Assembly (NCBI GenBank): GCA_950097015.1
Contig: CATNEN010000008.1
Span: 496,001 to 560,000, forward strand
DNA from: Macrostomum hystrix
Lineage: Eukaryota; Animalia; Platyhelminthes
DNA length: 64,000 nucleotides
Direction: 5' to 3'
This document shows, in pieces, positions 49,925 to 63,610 of the stretch. Made by a program: the position numbers and the translations under genes. Below the pieces are notes generated by a model. It was not told where the DNA came from, did no database searches, and worked only from the letters and a program-made list of their open reading frames with translations. The first letter of the stretch is position 1, and every line of letters starts with the position of its first letter.

Positions 49925-52900
49925 GCCTGGGACTCTTTGTAAGTAATTTACAAGACAATTTGTTACTCTGTAAAGGTATAATAGTTTCCAAGAGTTACTG
50001 TCGCAAGATTTTAGCCGACTATCGGAACAAGGTTCTGAGTTCGATTCTGAATCCTCGTCGCCAAATGATGCGTTTTTAAAGGCCCTTTTTGATTAGTCAG
50101 AGGTTAGTCAACAATCGCTTTTTCTAGCCAATCGTGGATTTTTTTAATATCTATCTAAATCTTCTGAACTTAATTGTCTTCCTGGTACACGGCCAATTCT
50201 GATTTCCAGGCACACGCATTATGAATGATGGCGTATATCTGATGCAGTGCTCAATTCCAATCTATTATTTAATTAGAATGCTGCCTCGCCCCTTAGAAAC
50301 GGCCTCCGCCCCTTCCCATTCATCACAGACAATCTGTGCCAGTCTGCCTTGTCCATATTTTGAGAATCTACTCGTACTGATCGATTATCAGCGGAGATGC
50401 TGAATGCAGTTGGCCCAGCAGAGAGAGCCATCTCTGTAAAACATCTCAATAAATCTCTTACATAGCTAGCATTGTTTTTTGTCGAGTCGGAGAATAAAAG
50501 GTAACTGGCAGCAAAAAAATGCAGGACGACACACGATAATCGCACTCAAGCTCCAAAGATTCCAGAGTGCATTGCTCACTATTGTGGTCTGAGTCTGAAA
50601 ACCAAGAAACTCAATATCAGTGCCCGACAATTAAACTGACAATGTACGCTTCAGTTGTATATATAAAATAGTATAGGTGCAGTGTAGAGAAATTAACAAT
50701 ACTAATAATGTTGTGCAAACTACTTCTCGCTGTGATTTATAATGCGAGTATGACTAGGCTCTAAGCAATACAGACTGGCGCAAAATTACTGGGCCCAGTA
50801 TATCACTGGTGGGTGGCATACTGAGGCCTCATAAAGTGGAGAATGAAATCGTCTCTGGCATGGCCGGCAAGAAGGAGAGGGAAAGAGAGGGGAGAAAAAA
50901 AAGGGAAATCCCGTGCCTCCCATGATGAGATTAGGGCTGGCCTTTATCCCAACTGTTAGGGCATCAATGGGATTGCCAGGATTTAGCGTCTGGCCCCGCC
51001 CCAGGCCTTCAAAACATTACTGCCACAGCCTGCCTGTATGCACTCCTGCAACCTATGAGCAATAATCAGTTCCAGATCCCCATAATCCTACTGTTAGTAG
51101 ACTGCATCGGTTCTGACTCCACAGATATTAGCTTGCCAGAAAAAATTGCCTTGAAACTTAATTAGCGGCCCGTGAGTCACTTGAGACCTTGAATCATGAG
51201 GCAGTAGCAAAAGCAAATATTATTTAATTATATTCCGGCTGCCAACCAGCAGGGATTAGGCTTGACCGGCACAGACCGGCTATACTCCAGGCCGCATCTT
51301 GTACAGCAGTCAGATTTTGACAACGCCTCACTCAAAAATTGAAACGTACTTTGCAAAACTTAGTTACTCTCATAGACGGATTCACGCGAGCAAGAAAAAT
51401 TATGGCTTCTATTCTAAGCCAATCTTTCTTAGAAAGCGCATGATTGTCTCGTAATCTTGTTCATATCGAACCACATCAAATGCCACCATTATTCGTTCAT
51501 AAACACAGCAGTTGCTTCTCTTTGTCGCAGATTTTTTTATCCACTGGAGTCCAGACAGTCACTGACTTATTTCCATATTTGAAAATTATAGCTGTGATAC
51601 AGCCTCCACATCGCTGAGATGTGAAGTGTTGTGGGGAGATGGTAGCTAACAGAGGCAGATACAGCAATGGCAATCCCACTGGTTGCTCACAAACAACTCC
51701 ACGCGCGGCCCCCTACCAGTTTCCAACCAGCCGCTATAGCTCCCTGAAAATCCAAATTGTGCGCCAGAATGAAGGCGCGGAACTATTGTAATAGCACTCT
51801 ATATAGGCTTGAGTTGGGCAGGTCCGAACAGCTAGACTCCATGAATTATTTAGCAGCAGCCAGGGACGCACTGCTGCCCTTCTCTCCCTGTCTCTATATT
51901 CCTCTGTAGAGGATGAAAAGTGGGAAGGGAGAATGAGCATTGTGGGTTAGAGACGCTGTGTGCCCACAAACAGACGACGGGGTGGAACCAGTTCTCCCAG
52001 TTTGAGACAATCAGGCGGTTGGCAGGGGCCGATGTGAAGGTTACATGCGACGGAATTAAGGGCCTGGTCTGGGAGTCTGGCATCAGGTTTTAGAAAACTG
52101 GTGCCAATGTCGATGCTAACGTCGGTGCCATGAGCAGTTGTTATGGCAGCTCCTTAACAGGTCATGCACTCTGCTGGGTGTCTATTCTTACAGAACTGTG
52201 TAGACTTTGTTTCAACCTTGGCTTGAGGTTTAGACATTGTATGCATTTCCTTCTAGTCTGGTACACTTTTCTGCGGTTCGCCAAAGCCAGACTGGCTGAG
52301 TAATAGAAGGGAAGAGAACGATAGAGAATGGGAGACAGCGGCGCTAGCGTGTGGGCTGGGCGAATACACGGGGCATCACTCGTATTGATTTCGGGGAAAC
52401 CACACAACACACACACACACACGCACACACACACACACACGTGGGAAAAGGCTTTCAGTAAAGGAAGAAGGGATTGAAGAGTTGAGGGAGGTTGGAGGTC
52501 TCTTGCGAATCCTCTCACGGTTTGGGAGGCTTTGGCTTGGGGAGACGTCTGTCCTGCCAGCTCATTTCTGTTCCTCCTCTTACCCCCAGTCCCGCTCCCT
52601 TTCGCTGCTCCCCGGCAGAGGACCAGGGGATTTTCTCTCTTCTTTCTTCCCAGCTTCCAAGCCCCATCTTCTCTTCATTTTCCCATTTCTCCTGGCTTCT
52701 CGTCCCCTTTCTCTACTTTTAGTCCTCCTTCTCCTTTCTCGTCGTCTCCTTTGCATGATGGGAAATGTTCCCCGGAATGCTATCGCCACACTGTGTCCAC
52801 AGCGACAGTTGCTACCCGGTTTCTTCCTGGCTGCACCTGACCTTTAGCCTCAAATCCCAGATCCCAGAGCTTAGTTGATGATTTCTTGACTTGTCTCTTT

Positions 52901-53007
52901 AGGCTCGAAAGATGGATGCTAAGGCATTGAGGGGTTATTACTGGGCATAGCTGAGTTGATTCAGCGCGAGCAAGTAGATGGGTGGATGAGTAGATGAGTA
53001 GATGAGA

Positions 53008-53592
53008 GGAGATCACAGTCTACATTGTGATGGAGGGGAGATCGCAGTTTCCATTGTGATGGAGGGGAGATCGCAGTTTCCATTGTGATGGAGGGAGATC
53101 GCAGTTTCCATTGTGATGGAGGGGAGATCACAGTCTCCATTGTGATGGAGGGGAGATCACAGTCTCCATTTGATGGAGGGGAGATCACAGTCTCCATTGT
53201 GATGGAGGGGAGATCACAGTCTCCATTGTGATGGAGGGAGATCACAGTCTCCATTGTGATGGAGGGGAGATCACAGTCTCCATTGTGATGGAGGGAGATC
53301 ACAGTCTCCATTGTGATGGAGGGGAGATCACAGTCTCCATTGTGATGGAGGGAGATCACAGTCTCCATTGTGATGGAGGGGAGATCACAGTCTCCATTGT
53401 GATGGAGGGGAGATCGCAGTTTCCATTGTGATGGAGGGAGATCACAGTCTCCATTGTGATGGAGGGGAGATCACAGTCTCCATTGTGATGGAGGGGAGAT
53501 CACAGTCTCCATTGTGATGGAGGGGAGATCACAGTCTCCATTGTGATGGAGGGAGATCACAGTCTCCATTGTGATGGAGAAGAGACCACAGT
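53008..53592. repeat. Minisatellite, 29/30-bp unit GGAGATCACAGTCTCCATTGTGATGGAGG(G), about 20 copies
   Basis: Tandem unit read directly; unit carries three overlapping inverted repeats. Confidence 0.95.
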
Positions 53593-54301
53593 TCATTTTA
53601 TAAATAATACCCTGAAGTCGCGAGGATCCAAGCGTACTAATAAAACATCCCTGGCTCTATACAGCACGAAGGCTCAGCGCAATGAGCAAGCAGAGGGCAG
53701 TGGGTGCCGTCAGATTAGACTGGCACTGGTGCTCAAATCCATACTCGGAGGCGACAGCTGTGCTCATCTGGCCTCATTTGCATCCACTAGCGCAGCCAGG
53801 CTCTCTCGCAAACATCGACTAAACTATCATTCTTCCTACTGTCCCATGACTGCCTATTATTTCCCGATCACGGCCTTCACTTTGCCATTTACTGGCTCTT
53901 GACGGGGTAGAAATTGGTGACATGAGGACTGCACTGGGCCACAGCTAGAGAAGCCGGTGGGTAGGGAAGGGTAGCCCGAGGTAGGCAGATCACATGTGGG
54001 TGTTGTGTGTGGGGCAACGCATAGTTTGGCCAGTGTTTTAGCTGCTTTTGAAGCACTGGTGGCGACTCAGTGGGACCGCGAGAGCGAAGCGGAGGGGAGC
54101 CTAAAGGAGGGTTGGGGGGTGGTTAAAACTAAAAGAGGGACAGACACAAGCTGCAGGACTTCAGGTCCGCTATTTTGGCGTAGAGCTGCTGGGGTTGGTA
54201 GCAATAAGTGTACTCTGAATTTTTGGCCCAAGAGCCAGCTCACTTTCCCCCTCTGGGCATAGGCAAAATACACGCGCGGACACTAGAGGCAAAGCAAGCT
54301 G

Positions 54302-54311
54302 ATTGGCCAAT
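54302..54311. promoter_or_regulatory. Palindromic double CCAAT box ATTGGCCAAT upstream of the Cav1 start codon
   Basis: CCAAT on both strands about 85 bp before ATG 54395 in a GC-rich segment; function not shown. Confidence 0.3.
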
Positions 54312-54394
54312 GCGGTCTCCCCGTTTCAGACGCGGCGGAGGTTGGGAGAAGCCTCCGAGCCCAACCCCTCCGCCTCCATCGTTCCGTGGTCGAC

Positions 54395-57300
54395 ATGAAC
54401 AGTCACGGCGGCGGACGCAGCGGCGGCGGTGGCGGAAGTAGCGGCAGCAGAAGCGGCGGTCAGTCAACAGCAGTTCGCAGCGGTTCGCAGCACCAGCTAG
54501 TTCAACATCCGCGTCAGCGTTCGAAGGACTCGACAGCGGCCTCTTCTGTTGCAAACTCGGAGCCCGCACCAGCGGACGCGGCTGTTGGCAGCAATAGACA
54601 ACGTCAGACCGGCGCTGGCAGCGATGCCAGAGGTGCTAATCGTCCCCGCGAAGCACTGCGCCAGCAGCAGTCGCAGCATCAGCCGCAGTCAGCGCAGGAA
54701 TGCCAGCACCAGCAGCGGGCTGCACTGAGCAGGCCTGGCCAGCAGGTGCACAAACAGGTGCAGATCAACCCGAACCCCTCCTACGCGGCTCAAGATAATG
54801 CCCGGCCAACCCCGCAAGGCGGCGTCGCCAGCACCCTAGGATCGCTGAGCGGTCCGGGCCACTCAAACGACCTCATGTCGGTGGCGATGACTGCGCTCCT
54901 GGCGCAGAACCAGGCCAAGAAAACTGGCGCCAGGCCGGTGCGCACGGAGCCGAGGGACAAGCGGCCAAACCGGGTGCTGTTCTGCCTGACCATTAACAAC
55001 CCCATCAGGAAGATTATCATCAAGTTTGTCGACTGGAAGTGAGTCTCGCTTGGTTGTTCAATCTATGAGTATTTTGCGGTGCATTAAAAAAATTACTCAG
55101 AGATTCCTAGTTGCTCGACTCCAGAATCTTGCTTTTACTCTCGCATTTACAGGAGCTAAACCTGCTCTTTTGATTTCCAGGCGAGGGAACTAAAAGATAG
55201 CTTTTTGTCCAGTGTTTGAATCTGACCATAATTTGGCCCACTGACCCCAGTCAGCAACAGGTAGAAACGAATTTCACACTTGGCCTGCCGCCGCACGCTA
55301 GCAAACATTGTAGCCTGGTACAGACAAACTTCAGGGTTGGTAGGCTCTACTTTATTCGATAAATCGACATTCATCAGGCTTCTTCTGCCTGCTTTCATGG
55401 CACGCTTGGCTGGGCCAAAATCCTTGCGTGCTGTGAAATTCTCGGAGATAATGATAGTTTGGCTAGGCGAAACCCGCAACCCAACTGAGCAGGTGACACT
55501 GCTCAGAGGAGCGAGAGAATGTGGGCCTGTGTGAGCGCATTCCTGTCGATAGAGCAAGACTGAGGAGATGACTGACAAGTCCAACGGAGTCCCGATTGAT
55601 TAGAATGGTTCGGCTTCACTGCTGGCAGTTACACGAGTTCCGTTTGAGAGCAAAAGTGCATTTCTCGGCAATCTGTGCCAAATGCCTTGCAGATTATTAA
55701 ATGAGGCGAGAATTCATGTTTCGTGTTGATTTCGTTGTATTTCTTCAGAGACTCCTGAATCATCATTGTGCACCCCTGCTTAGAGCGATTTGCATAGATC
55801 GGGCGCAACCCCACGCCATCTAACCGAGTAGTCGCTCCGTGAGCACACTCCACTCAAAACTGCTGAGTGCCTGACATCACGGCGGAATGATTTAATTCGC
55901 CAGCAGAGCTACTGGGAGTATCTGCTGCGAGAGTCTTGGCTCCAGCTAGCGGAGCGAGTGCTAGAACCACAAGGGAAAGGGGAGGTTTTGGGGCGGTCGA
56001 GCCGGCCCTAACCGAATTTCCGCTCCCAGAATCGCGCCCCCAGCACAATCGGCCAATCTGATGCGCGACCAGACTTTTTGGCAAACAAACGCCCACACGC
56101 AGAGGGGTCTCCCGTGAGGCCTCAGCTCCCCCTTATCCATCCCTTTTCTCCTTCTTCTCTGGGCATGCCAATCACTGCTTGCATTCTATCATGGGGGAGC
56201 AGTGCTACCCGCCTCAAACTTTCTCTCCCTTCTCTAGATTTCTCTGTGAAACTTGCTCAAATGCAGCCTCTCGAAACTGGCGCACTGCGTTTGTTGTTGC
56301 CTCTGTGCCTACACAGGAATTTATTATCGCAGTTGAAAACCAAATGGCACTAATAAAATGTTTCGCCATCCAGGAAAATATTAACTACTCAAGAAAGGGA
56401 AGCACATGTTGAGCATTTTCTTGCAATCATAATTGGCAGGAAAAACATGTTTCCCTTGTGCTGAGAGGAGAGCAACGAGTTATTAATGCATTCTGAACGC
56501 GACTCAGATTGGGACACAGAAGATTTGGCCCAGAGTCTAATTAACCAGTCGCCGTTGCCACTGTAGGTGAATTCTTATAAACTGAGCTATAGTCCCGCGG
56601 TCGGACCAAACAATGGGTGGCCAGACCGCTAAACATTAGCTTAGTCCTGACTAATTGACCTCCGATATGCAAAGGGCGCAGGAATCCGACAGAATGGCGA
56701 CAGAAATGAGAGGGAAGAAATTAGAGTAATAGGATCCACCAGGGAAAGTTGAGCAAAGCACAATGCTCTTCGGGGGCCGCAACGGCTGTACTCAACACAT
56801 TGCCGAATTAACAGGGTGGATATACCAGCTTATACCAGTTAAGCTTGTTGAATAGTGTCTAGCCTAGCGGGTAGGTCTTCGGACTCATGACTTTCTCATC
56901 GTCAGGCAGTGTACACTCTGACTGTGCCTTGGAGGTTGGCCCTGAAGGACGTAAATTGCACGACAAGCCCCCAAGCCTTCTCTTCGAGGCTAGGCCCCAA
57001 ATGAATGTGGTCTCACCGTGGAATCGAGCTCAGGGACATTGGTGCGAGAGGCAGACGCGTTAACCGCTCTGCCACTCACCCTCAGCGTAACAGCATCAAC
57101 AAGGGTTAGAAATTTGGGTGGGTGTGCCATCAGTGCACGGACTGTACAGCCGTTCGAAACCTTTGGAATCTGCGCTGACTTTCTCTTCGTCAGGAAGTCT
57201 GCAATCTTACTGCGCCTTGGCGGGTTGTCCGGTCCATTAAACGACCGCTTCAAAGCCTTCATTGAAACCCCATTAGTTCTGAAACTATAGTGTTCTTCCC

Positions 57301-60300
57301 CGCGGATTCGGACTAAGAGACCTTCACGCCCCCTAAACCCATGGCTTAGCTGGCTTGGTAGCTTTTACAAGTTGCAGCTTGAGCTTCAATACGTCTTACC
57401 TAACACTGTGGAGGTCATGGGCTCGCATCAACTCAATTCTGCCGCTATAGCAACTTACAGAATGAAGTACGAGTATAAACAAAAGAAGCAGTATATAATT
57501 GCATATTTTCATATACGACTTTGTGGGCCTTTTTCAGACATTTTTTTGGCTACCTTGACATGCCAGTGAGTGGCTATTAGGACGAACTAAAATAATATGT
57601 CCACAAAATCTCTTTTCTCGACCTCCCTTCCTGCCTCACTGCACTTCACCTGTTTGATCCCCAGAATAGATTAAGCACTCGATTCTCCCAAGAGCATTCT
57701 GCCAATCTAGGAGCATGCCAGACTGCCCGCCTACAGGCTGCTAATGAACCGGATGAGAGCTCTGTCTAAGAAGACCGAGCTCTTTTGTTGTGGTCTCGCA
57801 GGCTGAGACATCCGGCTTCCACAGTGTGGGCAGACATCGAATACAGAAATTTATATGGCATTTTGCTAACCTAAAAGCGGATATAGAGCTTAATATGCCA
57901 TTGTTTCCATGCTAATCTTTCTGCACAAGATGGCCATTGTGAATTCATGAGCTCAGAGAGAGCCATACAACAGGAGCTGCTGAGCTCATAGAGAGCCATA
58001 CAACAGGAGCTGCTGAGCTCATAGAGAGCCACACAACAGGAGCTGCTGAGCTCATAGAGAGCCACACAACAGGAGCTGCTGAGCTCATAGAGAGCCATAC
58101 AACAGGAGCTGCTGAGCTCATAGAGAGCCACACAACAGGAGCTGCTGAGCTCATAGAGAGCCATACAACAGGAGCTGCTGAGCTCATAGAGAGCCACACA
58201 ACAGGAGCTGCTGAGCTCATAGAGAGCCATACAACAGGAGCTGCTAAGCTCATAGAGAGCCACACAACAGGAGCTGCTGAGCTCATAGAGAGCCACACAA
58301 CAGGAGCTGCTGAGCTCATAGAGAGCCACACAACAGGAGCTGCTGAGCTCATAGAGAGCCATACAACAGGAGCTGCTGAGCTCATAGAGAGCCATACAAC
58401 AGGAGCTGCTGAGCTCATAGAGAGCCATACAACAGGAGCTGCTGAGCTCATAGAGAGCCACACAACAGGAGCTGCTGAGCTCATAGAGAGCCACACAACA
58501 GGAGCTGCTGAGCTCATAGAGAGCCACACAACAGGAGCTGCTGAGCTCATAGAGAGCCACACAACAGGAGCTGCTCAGCTCATAGAGAGCCACACAACAG
58601 GAGCTGCTCAGCTCATAGAGAGCCACACAACAGGGGCTGCTGAGATTTTTATGCGCTACAATGAATTTCTCTGCAATGAAATAGATTTTATAAAATTCAA
58701 CCACTTACTCCTTGAAGCTAGTCAGACCAGTTGTTCGACCTTTTCAGCTAGCTGCTAATAGAACTTCAGCGCTTATCCACATCTTGATGAGTGCGTGTGA
58801 CTGGCACCCAGGGACAATTAAGTACTAAAGCCATTTCCATCCTGGAAATGATGTGTGCTGTGGCGCGTGAGCTCTTAAGCCAACAAAAAATGCCAAGTTT
58901 TATATTTTATTTATCGGCTAACCATGCAGTGAAGTGCTGCAAAAATGGAAGCGACAAATTTGTATTAGTAATCTACTGTGACTGCATTTGACATTGCGGC
59001 AGTGTGCACTATTCATTGGTCTATGGGAGCCGAGCCACAATAACTGGGAGCCGTCCTCTCCCATTTCCGCAATCGAACCAGCCTCCGTCTATCGCCAGCC
59101 ACCAGAAGCAGCCAGTTGTTGAAAAGGGCGTAGGCTTGAGTGGGTGATTATTGAACCAGCCTGGCCCGTTTGAGCTGGGGAAAAGTGGAACTTTAGAAAG
59201 CCGGAGAACTTATAAGGGCTGCGCGATGCAGAGCCGGAGAGGGAATAACTAATAGAGCATGTAAAATGTGAGTCGCAATTGACACACTGACCGCCCTAGC
59301 TTCCGCGTTGACACGGTTGACTTATTTGGTTTTTCGCGTGTCGTCTTTATTTTGAAATAATCGATCGAGAAATGCGCGAGATTAGCACAGAGATTAGCAC
59401 AGAGATTAGCACAATCGCTAAAACTTTTAATCCTACGCAGGCTATCCTAGAAATAGCTGAGGAATTAGTGAGAGAAGTTTGCGAAACGCCACATTATCTT
59501 TGAGCCTCTTATTAGCCTGTCTCTTTTAGGGTGTTCCGAGATGAGGAATGGCGAAGGCGATGGTTCTCTGGTTTGGTGTTTGTGTGTGGTAATAACTAGT
59601 AACCAATTTACTAGTTATTATTTACATAATACTTCATTATGATTGTACCTGCAAGTCGCGGGTATGGGCAGCAAAAAGGCAAATTTTCATACGGGTCTAT
59701 TGTCACTAATTGACCAGTTAAATGAGCCTTCAGATTCACTTCCAACGAACGAATTCAATTCCTCCAATCAAAAAGTTGTCGTCTGCAGCACAAGCTTAAT
59801 TTTGAGCAGTTCTCTCTTTAATTCGTTACTTTAGCATTTCGTTCCTTGATTTATTTTGAAATTTAACGTCTCACTCGATGTCGATGGCCCAACCGAATTA
59901 CCGACCGAAGGGACGAAGGCTTGGTTCCCCCTTTCAGTTGCATAAAATTTTCGCTGTGGGAAGGTTATATTAACTTAGGGAACAAAAATGAAGGCTCCCA
60001 TTGTGGAGCAGCTGACGAAATGGTCAGAAATAGGATGATTCTTTCGCCAGTCCCATTCTTTGGTCCGAGTCTCATGGGATACTCAGGCTAGTTAGTCTGC
60101 TTCAGACAAGAGAGGATGGCAGAGCAGAGCAGAGCAGAAAGCTTAGCTTAGCTTAGCGCCAACCTAAAGTGCATTTCTGTGCATTGACTGTCAAAACAAT
60201 TAAACAGATACTCTTAGATTGATTGATCGATTATTGGCGTATTGATGTATCATTGATATATCCATTGATAGTAGACAGCTGAAGCTCGTAGATAGACGGG

Positions 60301-62887
60301 TAGATAGGTAGATTGGCCGTTGTGCCGAGTGTTTGGCATGAACAGAATCTTTAACAAACCTTCCATCAGCCTGGAATCCCCCTGGAGCTCGCCCACTCGC
60401 CGCCATCCTCGGCACTCTCAGCACGAATCCATGTGCTCGCTAATTCTCTTCACCAAATTTTCTTTCAGCGCAAGAATTTTAATTTGGCTAATTGTCCACC
60501 TACCCCCGCTCCGTGCAGGGCTCACTTCCCAGTGCTTGGTGGAGGCGATATCAGTGAAGGCATGGGTGGGGATTTGTTCGTAAATTATTTATCCTCATTG
60601 CAGTGCCCCCGCTGCAGTCCAGATCTCTGTCTATTTTTTATCAAGCAAAAAATTCGTTTAGCAGCAGCGAGTCATGCGGAATAGGGTGCGGGCCGCAGAA
60701 AGTTGGATGCTAATTTTTTTGAATCGATTTTTTTCGTCATCATCATTCTCTCCTCATCGACACTGCTCAGCTGAGCACTTCTGCGCGAGATCTCAAACCA
60801 GGGCGAGCGGGGCAGAGGACAGCTAGGCTGGTTTGCGAGTTGGGTCATCATTAACGTCCACTGTTTTTTAGGAGAGAAATCGCTGGGTGCATGGCTGGAT
60901 GAGCAGAGCAGGAAACTTCAGGCATTTATAACTGAACTGACCGGGGTTCGTATAGCTATCTGGCAGCACAGAGCTTGCTATTTGCTTTCTCTGCTTTAAG
61001 CGAATGGAATGGCAGAAACCCCCTGAGGCTCGTTCACACCCGGAATTCGAAATGAGGTCAATCTTCTGCTAAAATGCAACTTTGAGAGCCCCATCGCCTC
61101 TCACAATTATGAATCTAGCTCACATCTGTCTATCTATCTATCCATCTATATGTCTATATATAAGTCAAGTCAGTCAAGTAACTCCTAGCAGTTGGTGTTT
61201 AGACACGGAGCTTTAAAGAACAATGGCCCTTCTAGCTTCCGAGTCCGTCAGTCTCGTGTGTCTCCCAATCGATCTACCAAGTCCTAACCCCATAGCACTA
61301 TCCCCGCGGCATTCCAAAGTCCACCGCCTCTCGCTGCTGGTCGGGCTGACGGTCACTGGGCTAAGAGGGAGAAATAGAGGCTTCCCAATTTTAGAAGGCC
61401 ATTAACGGAGTCATTCTGGAGTGTCGGATACTAAACCCACAGCGACCCCCAACAACACACAGGGAGAGTCGTCGTGGCTTTCGCCGAGTTTGCGTGCAAG
61501 CAGGCGTTCCTCCAGCTCTCTCTCTCTCTCTATTTCAGGCAGCTTGCCAACCTTGAAATTTGTGCACCTATAAGCCATTGCTGGTGGAGTGGCCAAGGCC
61601 AGAAGAAAGCCCCACGGACCCAGCTCAGAGCTCAGAGCTCCGCCTCCCACGTGCGAGTCTCGAGCGCGCTGCTCGATCTCTGGTTTCTCTCCTTCTGCCT
61701 AGTCCTCCTCCCTGGTCTCCTGAGTGACGCAGCTCTTCCTCAATCTTGTCCGCCTTGGGGGGCGAATGTGGGAAGTGAAGCCGAGTCTCTAACTGGCTGA
61801 TTCTCTCCCTCCCTCACCTCGGTTAGCAGACCACATTTTCCTTCGTTTTTCAAGAGGTCAGGGCTAGAGAGAGAGCAGCGAAGCAGGAAGGCTGAACTCA
61901 AGCATTCAGATCACTCTCTCTCTCTCCTTCCCTCTCTTCCCCATTTCTCTAAGCCTCAGTAGACTTATCCCAGCATTCGGAGCCGGCCTAAATCCTCAGC
62001 TTTCAGTTTTTTGAGGGTCGATTTCGGTCGCCCTCTCACAGTGTGCACTTTTGCATCGATCTGTACTTCTCAGGCTCAATCGCATCTGCATTGGGTTCGG
62101 GTTAGGTGCAAATCAGGGATGAAAACAATGAAAAAGCATCCCCAGCTTGAGGTGCATATATTGAGCACATTCAACGTCCTCAACTAAAGTCCTTTAATGT
62201 CATTTTAAACAAGTGACACTTTTGTGTTTTAAACAAACAACAACAAAACCTTGCAGACCATTCGAGATAATCATTCTGCTGACCATTTTTGCCAACTGTG
62301 TGGCCCTGGCGGCCACTACCCCCTACCCTGAGATGGACTCCAACGATGTCAACCACTTCCTGGTGAGTGATTGGCAACACGCGTACAGATGCGAGTACAA
62401 TCACTTTCGAGTGAAAAAAGATCCTCAGTTTTGATCGATTTTTTTACGTTTGGACAAACTTTCACAAACTTGCAGGAGAAGCTCGAGCTGGTGTTTACCG
62501 GTATTTTCACATTTGAATGCTTCTTCAAGATCATTGCTCAAGGTTTTGTAATGGACCAGAACGCCTATCTGCGAAACTTCTGGAACGCCTTGGACTTTGT
62601 CATAGTTGCTATGGGCCTCTTTAGCATTGCCTTGCAAAGTCTGCTGCCCAAATCGCTTGACATCAAAGCACTGCGAGCGTTCCGAGTTCTGAGACCCCTG
62701 CGACTCGTGTCGGGCCTGCCCAGCCTCCAGGTCGTGCTGAACTCCATCATGAAGGCCATGCTGCCCCTGCTTCACATCGCCCTGCTAGTCCTGTTTGTGA
62801 TCCTCATCTACGCCATCATCGGCCTTGAGATGTTCTCCGGCAAGCTGCACGGCGCCTGCTATCGAAAGGACCACGGCACCGGCCTGT
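54395..62887 (+). CDS. Cav1: Voltage-gated calcium channel alpha-1 subunit, L-type (Cav1; CACNA1C/D, egl-19-like), 5' exons join(54395..55038,62257..62362,62476..62887); continues beyond the window
   Basis: [26 protein letters not shown]|[34 protein letters not shown] and the domain I S4 [73 protein letters not shown] and [12 protein letters not shown] are L-type signatures. Phases 2, 0, 1 are consistent. A possible next acceptor is at 63988/63989. Confidence 0.95.
56860..57082 (-). mobile_element. SINE family 1 5' half (56888-57082, minus) fused to a family 2 tRNA-head fragment (56860-56893, plus)
   Basis: GCCTAGCGGGTAGGTCTTCGGACTCATGACTT matches the family 2 head; TGACTTTCTCATCGTCAGG onward is family 1 reversed; the two overlap on TGACTT. 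Confidence 0.75.
57949..58644. repeat. Intronic minisatellite, 33-bp unit GAGCTCATAGAGAGCCA(C/T)ACAACAGGAGCTGCT, about 21 copies
   Basis: Tandem unit read directly in Cav1 intron 1. Confidence 0.95.
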
Positions 62888-63074
62888 GTAAGTTCATGAG
62901 CTCTCCTGAATTCGTTCATTTCAGAGTCATTCGATCTTTTGAATTCTTGATTTGATTGATTGATTGATTCAACTATTGTTAGTCGGTTGTTGAACAGTAT
63001 TAATGCGTTAACTTCACAATCTGTTTGCACTGATTAATCAGTCTGTAGTCTGTTAGGCAGGGAGTTGTACTCGA

Positions 63075-63213
63075 AGCCTAGTGGTTTGAGTGTCGGACTC
63101 ACGACTTCAAGGTCGAGGGTTTGATTCCCGACTCCTTAAGAAAAATTAGTGTCCTTAAGTGTCACTTAACTCTGCATTGCTTCAGTTCACCAAGCTATTA
63201 AATTGGTATCAGC
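63075..63213 (+). mobile_element. SINE family 2: tRNA-like head plus a core resembling the MetaSINE Meta domain
   Basis: A-box-like GCCTAGTGGT, B-box-like GGTTTGATTCC, then GTGTCCTTAAGTGTCACTTAACTCTGCATTGCTTCAGTTCACCAAGCTATTAAATTGGTATCAGC. Superfamily assignment is from recalled similarity, not an alignment. Confidence 0.6.
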
Positions 63214-63440
63214 AATAGGCAGAGCAATTGAGGGCGATTGTGGCATTGTGCCAGTCCATGGACTGAACAGCCGCACGCAGCCTTCAGATGTACCGCCAAA
63301 TACGCTCATCTAACCCAATCCCGGTCTAATCAATTATTGGGATAATTCATATATTCATTGTTATTACTGTTTATTATTAGTCAGTAAAGTTAAGGAGTGT
63401 CAGAGTTTGGCGATTAAAAGGCTGCTGAACATTAACTAAC

Positions 63441-63610
63441 ATTCGCGGGAGGGCTGCGGGCAGTGGTACATCCTTTCGTGACAGTGAGCCCGCAGTCAGC
63501 GTGGAGGCAATTCTGCCCATTCCGCTGACTCCTGACTCCTGAGCGAATAAGTACACAGGCACACACTCACACTGGTGTGTTCATTAGCCTTGACAGTCTC
63601 ATTGTCAGGC
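63441..63610 (-). mobile_element. SINE family 1 3' half, diverged
   Basis: Reverse strand GAGTCAGCGGAATGGGCAGAATTGCCTCCACGCTGACTGCGGGC ... GCCCGCAGCCCTCC. Confidence 0.8.

Noticed and set aside
49266-58644. Common origin of the two 33-bp arrays (shared AGAGCCACA)
   Set aside because: Similarity does not extend beyond 9 nt, which is plausible by chance among this many units.
49272-58704. (VALRRSFPRGT)n and ([11 protein letters not shown])n ORFs
   Set aside because: 33-bp tandem arrays, one intronic in Cav1, with no flanking gene structure.
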